Source of the DNA: Octopus vulgaris
Lineage: Eukaryota
NCBI GenBank assembly: GCA_951406725.2
Contig: OX597814.1
Coordinates: forward strand, 125,178,001-125,242,000
Length of the DNA stretch: 64,000 nucleotides
Direction of reading: 5' to 3'
Shown here: positions 41,981 to 55,004 of the stretch, piece after piece
Layout of the letters: every line of letters begins with the position of its first letter
How positions within the stretch are numbered: the first letter of the stretch is position 1
Translations under genes and position numbers: made by a program
Notes under the pieces: model-generated
The model's database searches: none
Told to the model about the DNA's origin: nothing
What the model saw: the letters and a program-made list of their open reading frames with translations, nothing else

Positions 41981-42460
41981 TCTCACACTGATAGACTAGC
42001 CATGCTAGTTACTGAGACTTAAAGTGTTATTGGCTATGTAGACATTCTAATAACGTGGTGAGCTGACAGAATCATTAGTATGACATTATAAAATGCTTAA
42101 TGGTATTTGTTCAGGCTCTCTTTATGTTGTGAATACAGAGGCCACTGAGGGCAACATTGCTTTTCATCCCTTCGGGGTCAATAAAATAAAATAAGCCAGT
42201 CTGGTGAAGTTTTCAGTAGGAGCGTCTAGTTTCTCTTACCCAATGGTTTAATTAGTATTGAAGGTGATTCTAATGATTGTAGTGTAGGTAGAGAAAAAAA
42301 GAATAAAACTGGTTCTAAGTCAGTGTTTTAACTGGCAATAGTGTTTTAATTGGCAACCAAACAGGTCTATTCCCAATACAAACATATTTACCCATGTATA
42401 TGGGGTGTAATACTTCTTGTTTAGTACTGAGACATAAATGTTGTATGAATTATATGTATG

Positions 42461-42524
<64 letters not shown>

Positions 42525-42527
<3 letters not shown>

Positions 42528-42689
42528 TTTACTCTTTTACTCTTTTACTTGTTTCAGTCATTTGATTGTGGCCATGCTGTTTCAATCTTATTCAATCGGT
42601 CTCTTTTGCCGAACGGCTAAGTGACGGGGACATAAACACACCAGCATCGGTTGTCAAGCAATGCTAGGGGGACAAACACAGACACACAA

Positions 42690-42736
<47 letters not shown>

Positions 42737-42900
42737 TACGACAGGCTTCTTTCAGTTTCAGTCTACCAAATCCACTCACAAGGCATTGGTCGGCCCGGGG
42801 CTATAGCAGAAGACACTTGCCCAAGATTCCACGCAGTGGGACTGAACCTGGAACCATGTTGTTGGTAAGCAGGCTACTTACCACACAGCCACTCCTGCGC

Positions 42901-42902
<2 letters not shown>
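42525..42902 (-). mobile_element. SINE family A
   Basis: Reverse-complement match with a small internal deletion. Confidence 0.9.
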
Positions 42903-42955
<53 letters not shown>

Positions 42956-43137
42956 AATATATATATATATATATATATGTATGTATATATATATGTATGT
43001 ATGTATATATATATGTATGTATATATATATGTATGTATATATATATGTATGTATATATGTATATATATATATGTATATATATATGTATGTATATATATAT
43101 GTATGTATATATGTTTATATATATATATATATGTGTA

Positions 43138-43205
<68 letters not shown>

Positions 43206-43208
<3 letters not shown>

Positions 43209-43475
43209 GCTTTCCATGCTAGCATGGGCTGGACAATTTGACTGAGGACTGCCAAACCAGATAGCTGCACTAGGCTCCAATCTTGATCTTGCAGAGTTTC
43301 TACAGCTGGATGCCCTTCCTAAAGCCAACCACTTTGAAAGTGTAGTGGGTGTTTTTACGTGCCACTGGCACGGAAGCCCGTTAGCTGCTCTGGCAATGAT
43401 CACGCTCGGATGGTGCTCTTAGCACTCCACGAGCATGGATGCCAGTCATTGAATTTGATCTCGATTTCGATTTCA
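43206..43475 (-). mobile_element. SINE family B
   Basis: Reverse-complement family B. Confidence 0.88.
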
Positions 43476-43894
43476 CATATTGAAAAATGTTTTAACTGAT
43501 ATATATATAAGCACATAAATATGCAGGATACATACATACAGATTCACACACATACATAAATAAATACATATGCATACACACACATATATACATACACATG
43601 CAAACATACACACATACATACATACATGCATGCATGTATAGGCACACACACACACACATGCGCACAAACAAAAGGGAATGCAGTGTAAATAACGGACAGA
43701 GTGAAGACTATTAAAAAGGTTGCAAGACGCAGCAAAAATTTTAGGAAAATAAAAATGAGAAATAAGTGGAAATTTTACTGGTGAGTGTGTTACATTATAA
43801 GGCAGAAAAAGAAAATGAATCTCCCCAGACACAACAGAATATGCTTCAACACATGAACTCATATAAAGAATCTTGCAAACCAAATCCAAAAACG

Positions 43895-43936
<42 letters not shown>

Positions 43937-43964
43937 TCATCATCATCGTCATCATCATTAAAAA

Positions 43965-44156
43965 TGGCTTTCTGATAATTTTTCTACTTTAATAATTAGA
44001 TGTTTATAAGTTTACAAAAGATGACTCTGATGGGAATTTCTCACTTAAAAGTGGTTTTCAAACTGATATTTTAGAGTAAGAAGCTCCTAGCAAAGTCACC
44101 TTTTGTAAACTTATAAATATCTAATTATTAAAGTTGAAAAATTATCACAAAAGTCA
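43965..44156. mobile_element. Hairpin MITE with about 62-bp inverted arms
   Basis: 43965-44026 versus reverse complement of 44094-44156, a few mismatches. Confidence 0.88.
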
Positions 44157-44258
44157 GTTCTATTCATTGTTTTTTTTTTTTTCAAATATATATTACTGTA
44201 CCAAGGTTTTTCATTTTCATTTTCTATTTTCAAAACTATTATTTCTATTAACAAAGCT

Positions 44259-44769
44259 AACATGAAGACAATGGATCATGGTGGAGTATGAGATAGCAGA
44301 TTCTTTCATAACTATGTAAGAAGGGAATAAACAATTGGATATATAATATGAAAAATATATATGTCTGTATATATATGTTTTATGCATATACATATGCACA
44401 ATATATATATATATACATACATACATACATATATATATATAAATTAGAAAAACCACCTTTTATCAATTCAAAATGAACAATTAAATTACACCATCTAAAA
44501 AATTACATATAATAGAAATATTAAAATTAAAATAACAATAATATACCAATGATTAAAACGTATGTATGGTGTAATTTAATTGTTCATTTTGAATTGATAA
44601 AAGGTGGTTTTTCTAATTTTTATATATATATATTATATTTTGTGAAATTTGATTTAGTATTTCTAAATTGAATTTTCCCCTGTAAGTTAGGAATAATATT
44701 CCCTCAAATAATTATTATATATATATCTATACAGTCTTGGATATTTTATCTTATTACGCAAAAAATTCT

Positions 44770-44803
<34 letters not shown>

Positions 44804-45090
44804 TGTATGTATGTATGTATGTATGTATGTATTTGCTATTCTGCATCAAATTCAGTATATTAACAACACACATACACTGTGTATGTGCAATTGATAATAT
44901 ATATATATGTGTGTGTGCATGTGTGTGTCTGTGTGTGTGTGTATTATGTATGTTTTTATATGCATAAACACATACATATAGACATATGTTATTCATATTA
45001 TATATCCAACTCTTTATTCCCTCCTCTTCACACTTATGAAAGAATCTACTATCTCATTCCCTACCATGATCCACTGTCTTCATCCTCATG
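44259..45090. repeat. Old about 130-bp inverted repeat pair enclosing a perfect 54-bp inverted repeat
   Basis: Outer arms 44259-44390 and 44957-45090 (diverged). Inner arms 44441-44494 and 44566-44619 (perfect). Confidence 0.85.
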
Positions 45091-45599
45091 TTCATCGTTT
45101 TTTTTCCCCTTGTTTCTTGAGAGTTTGCTCTAGCATCCCCTGGCTATCTTCCTCTTATCTCCTTCAGCTATATATTTCTGCTGTAGCCAGACACCTGCTT
45201 GTTCCTGCCAAAGATGACACTGGAATTTGACACAGCCCTGCAGCTCACCTGTTCCTTGTCAAACTGTTCTACCTATGCCAGCATAGAAAGGGGAACATTA
45301 AATGATGAGGATGAAGAGGAGTACGATAATGATGATGGTGATGATGATGATGATACATGAATTACTCTTAGTAGCTGAACAACACAGAAGTGAATGTGTT
45401 CTATGATCCACTGATGTCAATCACAACCCCAAAACAAAAAATGCTTTTGCACCTGTCTGGGTGGAGAATTCCCCACCAGAATAATTACCACTGCAAAAGG
45501 TCTTGTCATGTCCATATACACTTAAATGAATTAGATATGAGTTTGCACAAATATATATTATTCATCGCTTCAGTGTCCATTTAAAAGTACCCTTCAATT

Positions 45600-45942
45600 G
45601 TTGGGTAATATACTGTGCTTGAGAAGACCTGTTGAGTCAAGTGAAACCATTGTCATGGCCGATGCCAGTACCACCTGACTCCCACCTGTACTGGTGGTAC
45701 ATAAAAAGCATTATTTAAGTGTGATCGATGCCAGTGCCACTTGACTGGCTCCTGTGCCAGTGAAATGTAAAAAGCATCATTCGAGCATGGTCAATGCCAG
45801 TGCCACCTGACTGGCTCCCATGCCAGTGGCACGTAAAAAAGCACCACTCAAGTATGGTTGATACCAGTACTGCCTGACTGGCATGTATAAAGCACCCACT
45901 ACACTCTCAGAGTGGTTGGCATTAGGAAGGGCATCCAGCTGT
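45600..45942 (+). mobile_element. SINE family B, 3'-truncated, multiple modules
   Basis: gcttgagaagacctgttgagtcaag, modules, ttaggaagggcatccagctgta. Confidence 0.85.
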
Positions 45943-46200
45943 ATGAGTGTATGTGTATTGGAATAAAAAGTTTTTGGTAGTATACAGAATGGTATATTAG
46001 TATTGATGAAAAAAGAAAAATTCTCTATAAGCAATGAAGGTATCGTTCTTTTTTTAATTTTTTATTTATATTTAAACAAGTGCAAAAGGCCTTTGAATTA
46101 TCCTTAAGAGATAAAATGAAATACTTATATACATATATGTAGTGCTTAAGAAATGATGCCTTCATTACCTCTGACTAATTTTTCTGTTTTATTATTATTA

Positions 46201-46259
<59 letters not shown>

Positions 46260-46444
46260 ACACACATGCTCACACACACACTCACACACACACACACATA
46301 TATATACAATTACACACACACACATTCTTTCTTTCTTTTATTCTTTTACTTGTTTCAGTCAATTGATTGCAGCCATGCTGGAGCACTGCTTTTTGTCAAG
46401 CAAATATATATTATTTATTTAAAGGACACAATACATGTCTTTAA

Positions 46445-46499
46445 GTGTTACTAACAGTTTCATATGTTGAGAAATATCTCAAACATATTCATCAGGCAC
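46445..46499 (-). ncRNA. Type I hammerhead ribozyme with canonical core
   Basis: Minus strand: GTGC-CTGATGA-ATATGTT(T)GAGA tatt TCTCAACATAT-GAAA-CT gtt AG-TA-ACAC. 11-bp stem II, 3-bp stem III, GUA triplet, short stem I with one mismatch. AATAAA-type motif downstream. Confidence 0.8.
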
Positions 46500-46693
46500 A
46501 AACCACATATCATAACGAACTATATATGGAAAACAAAGTACACACACACACATAATTATTTGAACTTCAAATTTTTGGGACTTAGTTTAATGGTTTCATG
46601 TATTAATGTATCAAGATTATTTTTCTACACAAATATACACATATGCATATGTCTACCTGTGCATATATGTGTATGTATGTATGTGTATACATA

Positions 46694-46739
<46 letters not shown>

Positions 46740-46759
46740 TTAATAATAATAATAATGAT

Positions 46760-46826
46760 ATGAGGGAATATAATTCCAAACTTACAGGGAAAAATTCAAT
46801 TTATAAATACTAAATCAAATTTCAAA

Positions 46827-46877
<51 letters not shown>

Positions 46878-46990
46878 TAGAAAAAAACCCACCTTTTATC
46901 AATTCAATAATGAAAGACTAAATTATATTATACCATCTAGAACATTACATATTATAGAAAGATTAAATATAAGATAAAACATATAACGAT
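46760..46990 (+). repeat. AT-rich repeat family that follows (AAT)n arrays (copies at 30870-30945 and, inverted, 44566-44710)
   Basis: ggaatatRattccaaacttacagggaRaaattcaattta..aatactaaatcaaatttca shared between copies. Confidence 0.8.
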
Positions 46991-47036
46991 GATTAAGTAA
47001 TGTGCAAAATAATAAATAAAACGTAAATATTTGTGC

Positions 47037-47074
<38 letters not shown>

Positions 47075-47479
47075 TAATATATAATATATATACATGCACA
47101 AACTCACACACACACACATGCACACACACATTTACATACATCTTATGAGTGAGTGAGCAAATGAAAAAAACGTAATATTAAATGTATTTTGTTGAAGTTA
47201 TATAAGTTTTGCAGCAGCAGAGCATGTAAACATCATCAAAGGTTTGGAGAGATGCAGAGAATTTAAAAAGAAAAGCAAAACAGCATTTCAGTGATGTTCT
47301 GGGCTTCCACTGATCATTTCAAATCATGCAAATCTTTTTTTTCCCATTATAGTGATGTCCTTTACTCTATTGCTATATTCACGTGATAGTGTAGATTGAA
47401 TGTTAACTCACTTAGTCGGCATTTGACAGGATGTGACATTTCATTGACATCAACATTTTTTTACATTGGATTCAAAACA

Positions 47480-48905
47480 TGGTAGGGTAAACAAGATGCT
47501 AGTATCTATTAGTCATCATTTTGTTGGGAGGCCACATTTACTTCATTGAAAAGGTGCATGTCTAGCACAGGATATATTACAAGCTTTAATCTCTACAAGT
47601 AGCAAGAATTATATACCATGCCCATTATACATGGATCAGCTTGGCCTAGGGGTGCATATCCAAGTTATCAGCAAGCCAATGGTTTGATGTTCTTTAATAG
47701 GATAGAGCTCTGGTTGAAACAATAAGCCAGGTAAGTTTTTCTGACCTGTCTGCAAAGACAGAATTAGCAATTACAGGTTCTGGGTAATGAATGAAGGAAT
47801 CTGTGAAGAATGTTTTATGTGATGGTGGGTAAATCATTTCAATGGTCCCAGAGCCACCAAATGAAGCAGGACAGGATGGTGGATGGAGTTTCTCTGTCCT
47901 TACACTTGAAGGAGTGTATATTGTGCATGTATCTTCCTTTGGTTGTCATAGAAATATAGTGCCTTATGATGCCATTGGTTTCAAGTTGGCTCTATTGATC
48001 ACAACCATCAAGAGGCAAGACCTTCCCAATAGGTAGGTAGTAGGTAGGATTTTGGAAGTTACAGATTGGAGAGTGGGATAAATATTGTGTGTCTACTGTA
48101 GTGTACCATCTTAGAAGCAATATTAGCTAAGCATGTGTAGCTAACCTTGTGTTATAGAAATTAAATAATTTATTGTATCCATGGGTGTTTGGGGAATGCT
48201 TTCTAATTAATTTCAAGAAACTTCTATCTAAATTAGCATTGAATATCTAGATTGAAAAGAAGATTAAATCAGATTAGCTTTCCTTTTTCAAACCTTCTCC
48301 AGGTTTGTGATGGCTGATCCTTCATATGCACTAACCTTGTTATAGTAAAGTTCTGAGCCATAGAAGACCACTCTGTCTACCACTAGACTGGAGATTCTTC
48401 TGCTGATGCATATGGTTAGGTTTTTAATGCCAGCTGGGGTGAATGGAGTGCCTATGAATATAAACAATTTCCTCATTGGGTTTTTTGTAAAGGCAGTACT
48501 GAGTTTTAGGGTTAATTTCAGAAAATCCACCTGTTTTAAGTTGGTGGTAACAGATATTTATAAGATTCTTCCTGAATTCATTCATGGCTGTTCGTATGAC
48601 TTGAGAATACCAGACCATCATCCCTGTACAGGTCTGAACTGTAGGGTTGTGTACGTTTTCTTAGGATATCTAGGATAATTAACCTGACAAAGTCAGGGAC
48701 TTTAGCTTCATCATAATTTTCCATGGATGTATCAAGCACTGGGCTAACTCCTTTTTATTTAGCAGGAATCTTTGTGAAACAAGGGTGACTTTCTGACATT
48801 TATCATGTTTATCATATTGAGATTCCTAATTCTAGCATATCATCAACCAAAGTTTAGTGCCTTCAAGATGAGGAATTTCCATATTGAAGAGTAGAAATCC
48901 ACAAT
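47480..48905 (-). mobile_element. Decayed Penelope-like element (RT and downstream region)
   Basis: DFYSSI..KALNF...LYRDDGL (YRDD near 48617-48629)...NLKQVDFL...YKKPNEEIVYIHRHSIHP...ISRRISSL. Many stops and frameshifts. Confidence 0.88.
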
Positions 48906-48912
48906 ATTGAAC

Positions 48913-48955
<43 letters not shown>

Positions 48956-49108
48956 TTATTTATTTATTAACAAACAAGACTAAAATAGAAGGCACTCATC
49001 CACGGTACTGCAATGTTGAATTGAACCCAAGACCACTTTGCTGAGAAGCAATTTTTTTCTCCAAACAACCATTCATGTGCATCTATCTCTCCCCCCTCTC
49101 TCTCTCTT

Positions 49109-49147
<39 letters not shown>

Positions 49148-49223
49148 ATATACGCATATATATGTGTGTGTGTATGTATGTATGTATGTATGTATGTATG
49201 TATGTATCTATATATATATATAT

Positions 49224-49258
<35 letters not shown>

Positions 49259-49816
49259 TATGTATATACACACACATATATATTATAACATATATCTATA
49301 TACATACACTGATATGCTTATACGTACATATATAAATCATGTAAGAGTGTGTATGTTAACACATGCATGTGTGTGAATATGTGCGAGTGTTCTATAATTT
49401 AGATAAGAAAACAGAGACATAAAGAAAAAAAGAATACTTATTCTATATCATTTTACAGCATATGAAAACAATAAATGAGATATCTATTTAATATCTCATG
49501 AACAATGGAGCAAGTTATATCAACATACTTACAGCCAATCTGTGATAAATAATGTTGGTCACATCAAACTTGAGTGAATGATGTGATTATTATTATCAAC
49601 TACTGCAAGAATATGTCAGTGATGCGTCAACTTTAAAAGAAACATGACTTTATCAGAAAAATTTTCTTGTCTTCTGTATGTCTTTCATTCTTTTAATAAT
49701 ATTTTTCATAATTGGACTTCAACTATGTTTGGGCACCACCTTCAGTCATATTGACTCCATAATTTATTTCAGTCTGTTGCAGAAACAAAGTGGAAAGAAA
49801 AAAGCAACTGGAAAAT

Positions 49817-50700
49817 GTGGCTATGTGGTAATAAGCTTGCTTCCCAACCACACGGTTCTGGGTTCAGTACATATTTCTTTATTACCCACAAGGGGCTAAA
49901 CATAGAGGGGACAAACAAGGACAGACATAGGTATTAAATCGATTACATCGACCCCAGTGTGTAACTGGTACTTATTTAATCGACCCCGAAAGGATGAAAG
50001 GCAAAGTCGACCTCGGCAGAATTTGAACTCAGAACGTAGCGGCAGACGAAATACCGCTGAGCATTTCGCCTGGCGTGTTAACGTTTCTGCCAGCTTGCCT
50101 GTGTTCAGTACCACTGTGTGGCACTTTCGGCAAGTGTCTTTATACTATAGCCCCTGACCAGCCAAAACCTTGTGAGTGCATTTTGTAGACGGAAACTGAA
50201 AGAAGCCTGTCATAAATATGTGTGTGTGTCTGTTTGTATCTCACCACCGCTTAACAATGTTGGTGTGTTTATGTCCCCGTAATTTAGTGGCTCAGCAATG
50301 GAGACTGATAGAATAAGTATCAAGCTTTAAAAATAAGTACTGGGGTTGATCCATTTGGCTACAAATTATTCAAATTATACTATAGCCTCGGGCCGACCAA
50401 AACCTTGTAAGTGGATTTGGTAGATGGAAACTGAAAGAAACCCGTCGTATATATGTATATGTATATATATGTGTGTGTGTGTTTGTGTCACTTGACAACT
50501 GATACTGGTGTATTTACATCCCTGTAACTTAGCAGTTCAGCAACAGAGACTGATAGAATAAATACTAGACTTACAAAGAATAAGTCCTGGGGTCAATTTG
50601 CTCGGCTAAAGGTGGTGCTCCAGCATGGCCGCAGTCAAATAACTGAAACAGCTAAAAGAGTAAAAGCGATGCCTCAACATGGTCTCGGTGTAATGACTGA
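49817..50700 (+). mobile_element. Nested SINEs: family A copy interrupted by family C (minus strand, 49871-50099) and by a second family A segment
   Basis: Family C insert flanked by the duplication gttcagtac. Family A body and tail repeated over 50378-50665. Confidence 0.85.
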
Positions 50701-50718
50701 AACAAGCAGGAGATAAAA

Positions 50719-51573
50719 ATGCATGGTCAGTTCTTAAGCGAGATACCAAGGAACACAGATCCAGAAGAAATGTGGAAGTTGTTACTGAAAAGTGATTGAT
50801 CTAAAACCTGAAAGAGAGGCCTTGTTATGATATGCACAACACATGTATGAACGTTGAGAAGAAATTACTACAAGCATGGAAGTAAGTATCTCTCAGAATT
50901 GGACAAATTTAGAATATGTGGTGAAATTGGAAAGACAGTGTGTTATATATTAAACAAATTCAGTAAATTGACTGTGAGAATACATAACAAAAACGTACTT
51001 AAAAAAATAGACATGACAATGTTGCCAGAAGGGTTTACTGGAAATGATATAACAATGTTTGGATTGGAAAAGGCAAGAAAATTATATCGAAATTAACCAT
51101 AGGATGTGGGGGGAAATGACAGAGGATAGATATTTAGAGGCTTCATAATATAATGTAATCATGAAATCAAACATCAGAAACCTGGTAATGTGTTGGTAGA
51201 CAAGGGAGAAAATGCCTATCTAATGATATACATCACATGTCTGGGAAACAGCAGAATTGTCAAAAAAGGAGAAATACTGACAAGATATAAAGCTCTAAAG
51301 AGAAAAATCAACAAAGCTATGGTCGTTGGAAAAGGTGTATGTTGTACCAGTAATTGTCAGTGGTCCCAGTACATTAAGCAAAGAAACTGAAAAGTGGGAG
51401 AAAAAAAATAGGCACAAAAATGAAAATAGAGTACATTCAGAAAACAGCATTACTTGGCAGTATAAAGATTCATGGCAAAGTGCTTGAAACTTAAAAAGAA
51501 CACACCACGTTGCCTCGTAACAAGTGAACAACTGGTATATCGGGCTTGCAAACTATTCTGCCAACACACTACC

Positions 51574-51575
<2 letters not shown>
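50719..51575 (+). mobile_element. R4/Dong-type non-LTR retrotransposon 3' part (zinc knuckle plus restriction-like endonuclease), decayed
   Basis: MHGQF...LKSDLKPERE...DKFRICGEIGKTVCYI...RHDNVARR...HQKPGNVLVDK...ITCLGNSRI...RYKAL. Ends in (AAT)n. Confidence 0.85.
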
Positions 51576-51630
<55 letters not shown>

Positions 51631-51637
<7 letters not shown>

Positions 51638-51745
51638 CCATACAATAACCATCAGAGCATCACAACAAATCACAGCACATACCCAAGGCACACAGAGCTG
51701 CGCTCGGTAGTGAAGTGAAAGCACGCTATAAAAATAAAACTACTG
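51631..51745 (+). mobile_element. Short 3' end of a second element embedded between (AAT)n tracts
   Basis: 115-bp unique segment ending aaaataaaactactg-(AAT)n, with (AAT)n also upstream. Dong-like insertion pattern (inference). Confidence 0.6.
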
Positions 51746-51749
51746 AATA

Positions 51750-51824
<75 letters not shown>

Positions 51825-51984
51825 ATTTCATTTACTTGCCACAAGGACAACACAAAGGCAGACATAAAGTGTTGGGGCTTACATATAATGAAATGATAAA
51901 AGAAAAAAGAAAAAAAAAAGGTAAGTATACATGGTATATACTGAAAAGGATGGAACACAAAGGTTTAAAAAAAAGAAAGTGAGG

Positions 51985-52016
<32 letters not shown>

Positions 52017-52499
52017 GTAAGGATGATGATGATGATGATGATGATCTTTTCTACTATAGGCGCAAGGCTTGAAATTTGGGGGGAGGGGACTAATTGATTA
52101 CATTGACCCCAGCATAGAAGCCTTGCCAAATCAGTTTGGAGCCTGGTGCAACCTCCTGGCTTGCCAGTCCTCAGTCAAACCATCCAACCCATGCCAGCAT
52201 GGAAAGCGGACGTTAAGCGACAACGACAATGATGATGATGCTGCTGCTGATGGTGATATTATTATTGTGTTATGCTCTTGGGATATTGGCCAAGTGTCTT
52301 CAACCTTAGCATCGAGTCAACCAATGTCTTTGTTAAGAGAAGTTTGCTAGACAGAAACTGTAAATGCCCCTCTCCTTGCATACATACGTACGTACGTACA
52401 TACATACATACATACATACATACATACATACATACATACATACATACATACATACATACATACATACATGTGTGTATGTGTGTATTAAGTGCCAATGTA

Positions 52500-52960
52500 T
52501 AGTTGTACATATCAACGAGAAAAACTGATGAAGTAAAGCCTTTGAACAAAAATACCTTGAGGTATTTATTTCTATGATTTGCACAGACGGTTTCTTGACC
52601 CTCTCGCCATCGTGAATGCAGTGAACCAGTAAGTATCCTGTTGAAAATCTATAACTAATGATGCTATTTTTCACAATATCACAATGTATGAAAAGAAAGT
52701 TGTTAATAAAATAATTATGTTGGTCACATTGCTCATATTCTCCAAAAAAGAAATTGTTTAGTTGCCAAGAATATTTAAATGAATTCAGAGTATTTTGGGA
52801 GGACTGAATCTAAAAATGACATTAATTTTGCAAAATTGGCTCTAGCTTTTAAGATATTGGATATCGACTCAAATATTAATTTTTTAGTGGGTTTGGTCAA
52901 GAAGTCGTCTTTGGTAGCACACAGTTTTAGGTTGGCTGTGGATGTAGGTGAGAATGACCG
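52500..52960 (-). mobile_element. Very old RTE-type RT fragment
   Basis: Ordered weak matches to the RTE RT core: ESISNILKARANFAKL, DSVLPKYSEF, EQ...YFIN, CIHDG, LLHQFFSLI. Confidence 0.45.
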
Positions 52961-53799
52961 CACTGTTATTTATATAAGTTTCCATATTTTACATTATCCG
53001 GAACATTTGTATCTACATATGTACAACAATTATTTGAATAAAACAACGTAAAAGAGAAAGTGAACGTGGTAGTTAGAATGTCTTCATTGCATAAAGTATT
53101 TCAGTTATTTACACGAAAATTGTTCATGGTTATTAAGGACAGACTAAATAGAAAGAGCGAGGCGGCCTTACAATAAAAGTGACCGACAAAGTTCGGTGTT
53201 GCACCTGAAGTTGTTCAGTTTAAGAGTTCGGTATTCCAGATTTTTAAAACACTTAGTCAACCTTCTAGAACATTCGACAGAACCATTTAGTGGGAAAAAT
53301 TCAAAATACTTTTGTTGTTCTTTTCTGACAATTGCATCATCAACGGTGCAAATTTTCTTGGATAGATAGTATGTATTAGATAATATGATTTAAAATTCAG
53401 GTATCGATGTGTGTCTAAAATTGACCGACAAAGTTCTGTGTAGCATCCAAAATTGATATATTCAAGAGTTGGCTAGTGAGAAGAGAAAGAGGTTGAAGGG
53501 GTGAAGGCGATGGTTGCTTACGAGTGTCTCGATCACTTTTGAAATGTTGGGAAATGAGAGCGAAAGACTATTTGTATATTAAACCAAAGAGCATGAACGT
53601 AGGACCGGACTGTATAAATGTTTGAAAAAAAAAACAGTTTTGTTGTTTACAAACTCAACTTCAAGTTAGGTTCAAGTTCTGACTGAACATTCTCTGAATA
53701 ACCGAACAGTAATGTATTTTCATAAAATCCTGCATCCCAATAACTCAATTGGTTCATACCACTTGTTACATCGGACCAATATAAGTTTGAAGGATGAGA

Positions 53800-54190
53800 G
53801 GGCGGCGAGCTGGCAGAAACGTTAGTATTTCGTCTACCGTTACGTTCTGAGTTTAAATTCCGCCGAGGTCGACTTTGCTTTTCATCCATTTGGGGTCGAT
53901 AAATTAAGTACCAGTTACGCACTGGGGCCGAAGTAATCGATTTAATCCGTTTGTTTGTCCTTGTTTGTCCCCTCTGTGTTTAGCCCCTTGTGGGTAGTAA
54001 AGAAATAGGTATTTCAGCTGTCTTTACTTTCTGAGTTCAAATTCCGCCGAGGTCGACTTTGCCTTTCATCCTTTCGGGGTCGATAAATTAAGTATCAGTT
54101 ACGCACTGGGGTCGATGTAATCGATTTAATCCGTTTGTCTGTCCTTGTTTGTTCCCTTTGTGTTTAGCCCCTTGTGGGTAGCAAAGAAAT
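53800..54190 (+). mobile_element. Dimeric SINE family C within a single 19-bp TSD
   Basis: Body duplicated (about 53825-54008 and 54010-54190). atataagtttgaaggatga at 53779-53797 and 54191-54209. Confidence 0.92.
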
Positions 54191-54566
54191 ATATAAGTTT
54201 GAAGGATGAAAGATTGGGACTGTCTCTGCACAAACCCAGCTAATTATAATTATATTCATCGCGAAAGACGTTCAGAAAAACAAGACAATCACATCAATAC
54301 AATCACACATTTTTTTTTATATAAGTTCAGTGGCAATAGGAAAAGAAGTGGCAAGAACATTCAGAGGATATAACTGGAAGTTTTCAGCTTTGGCCCTGCA
54401 CACAGGCGACCACAGACTGACGCTGTCTTCCACAGATCGTATCCTGCTGAACTGCTAATCGTTGAAGCGATGAGGAAGTTCACCGGCAAAGTAACATAAT
54501 AGCCTGCCCAATACACTTACAACGTTTCTGAGGTGTTAATCATATTACTGGTACCAGGTAAGACAA

Positions 54567-54775
54567 CGAGGTGGTAGAATCGTTACCAAGCCGGGCAAAA
54601 TGATTAGCGGCATTTTGTTCATGTTCTGAATTCAAATTCCGCCGAGGTCGATTTTACCTTCCATACTTTCGGTGTCGATAAAAGAAATACCAGTTGTATA
54701 CTGAGGCGGGGGTGATATAATCAATTTACCACCGCCGTCGGAACTTCTGGCCTTGTGCCAAAATTCGGAGCCGAT
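54567..54775 (+). mobile_element. SINE family C-related copy
   Basis: gttctgaattcaaattccgccgaggtcga...ggtgtcgataaa...ggccttgtgccaaaatt. Confidence 0.75.
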
Positions 54776-55004
54776 ATTACTGGTACCAATTTGTTAGGAT
54801 TGAAACAGTCATATGAAAGACAAGGAAACCCTGAACACGCTTCTCTAGCACATTAAGTTAAGTATTCTACCATTTTAGATATTTCTGTTAATATTTTAAA
54901 TTTTCTGAGCTGTATATTATAAGGAGTGACCGTTGATACTAATAAAGAAATCTTCGCCCACACATTCACATACGTACATGCAAACATACATGGATTGATA
55001 CATG

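Noticed and set aside
46758-46782. TGA-GGGAAT-ata-ATTCC-AAAC hairpin resembling a hammerhead stem II
   Set aside because: No CUGA upstream and no G of GAAA in any of the three copies in the window.
52587-54499. Phase-compatible plus-strand exon pair (52587-52628 and 54436-54499) giving RFLDPLAIVNAVNQSYPAELLIVEAMRKFTGKVT*
   Set aside because: Splice signals are good, but the first lies antisense within an old RT remnant and the second overlaps a possible decayed non-LTR zinc-knuckle region. No recognisable homology. Only RNA-seq junction reads could rescue it.
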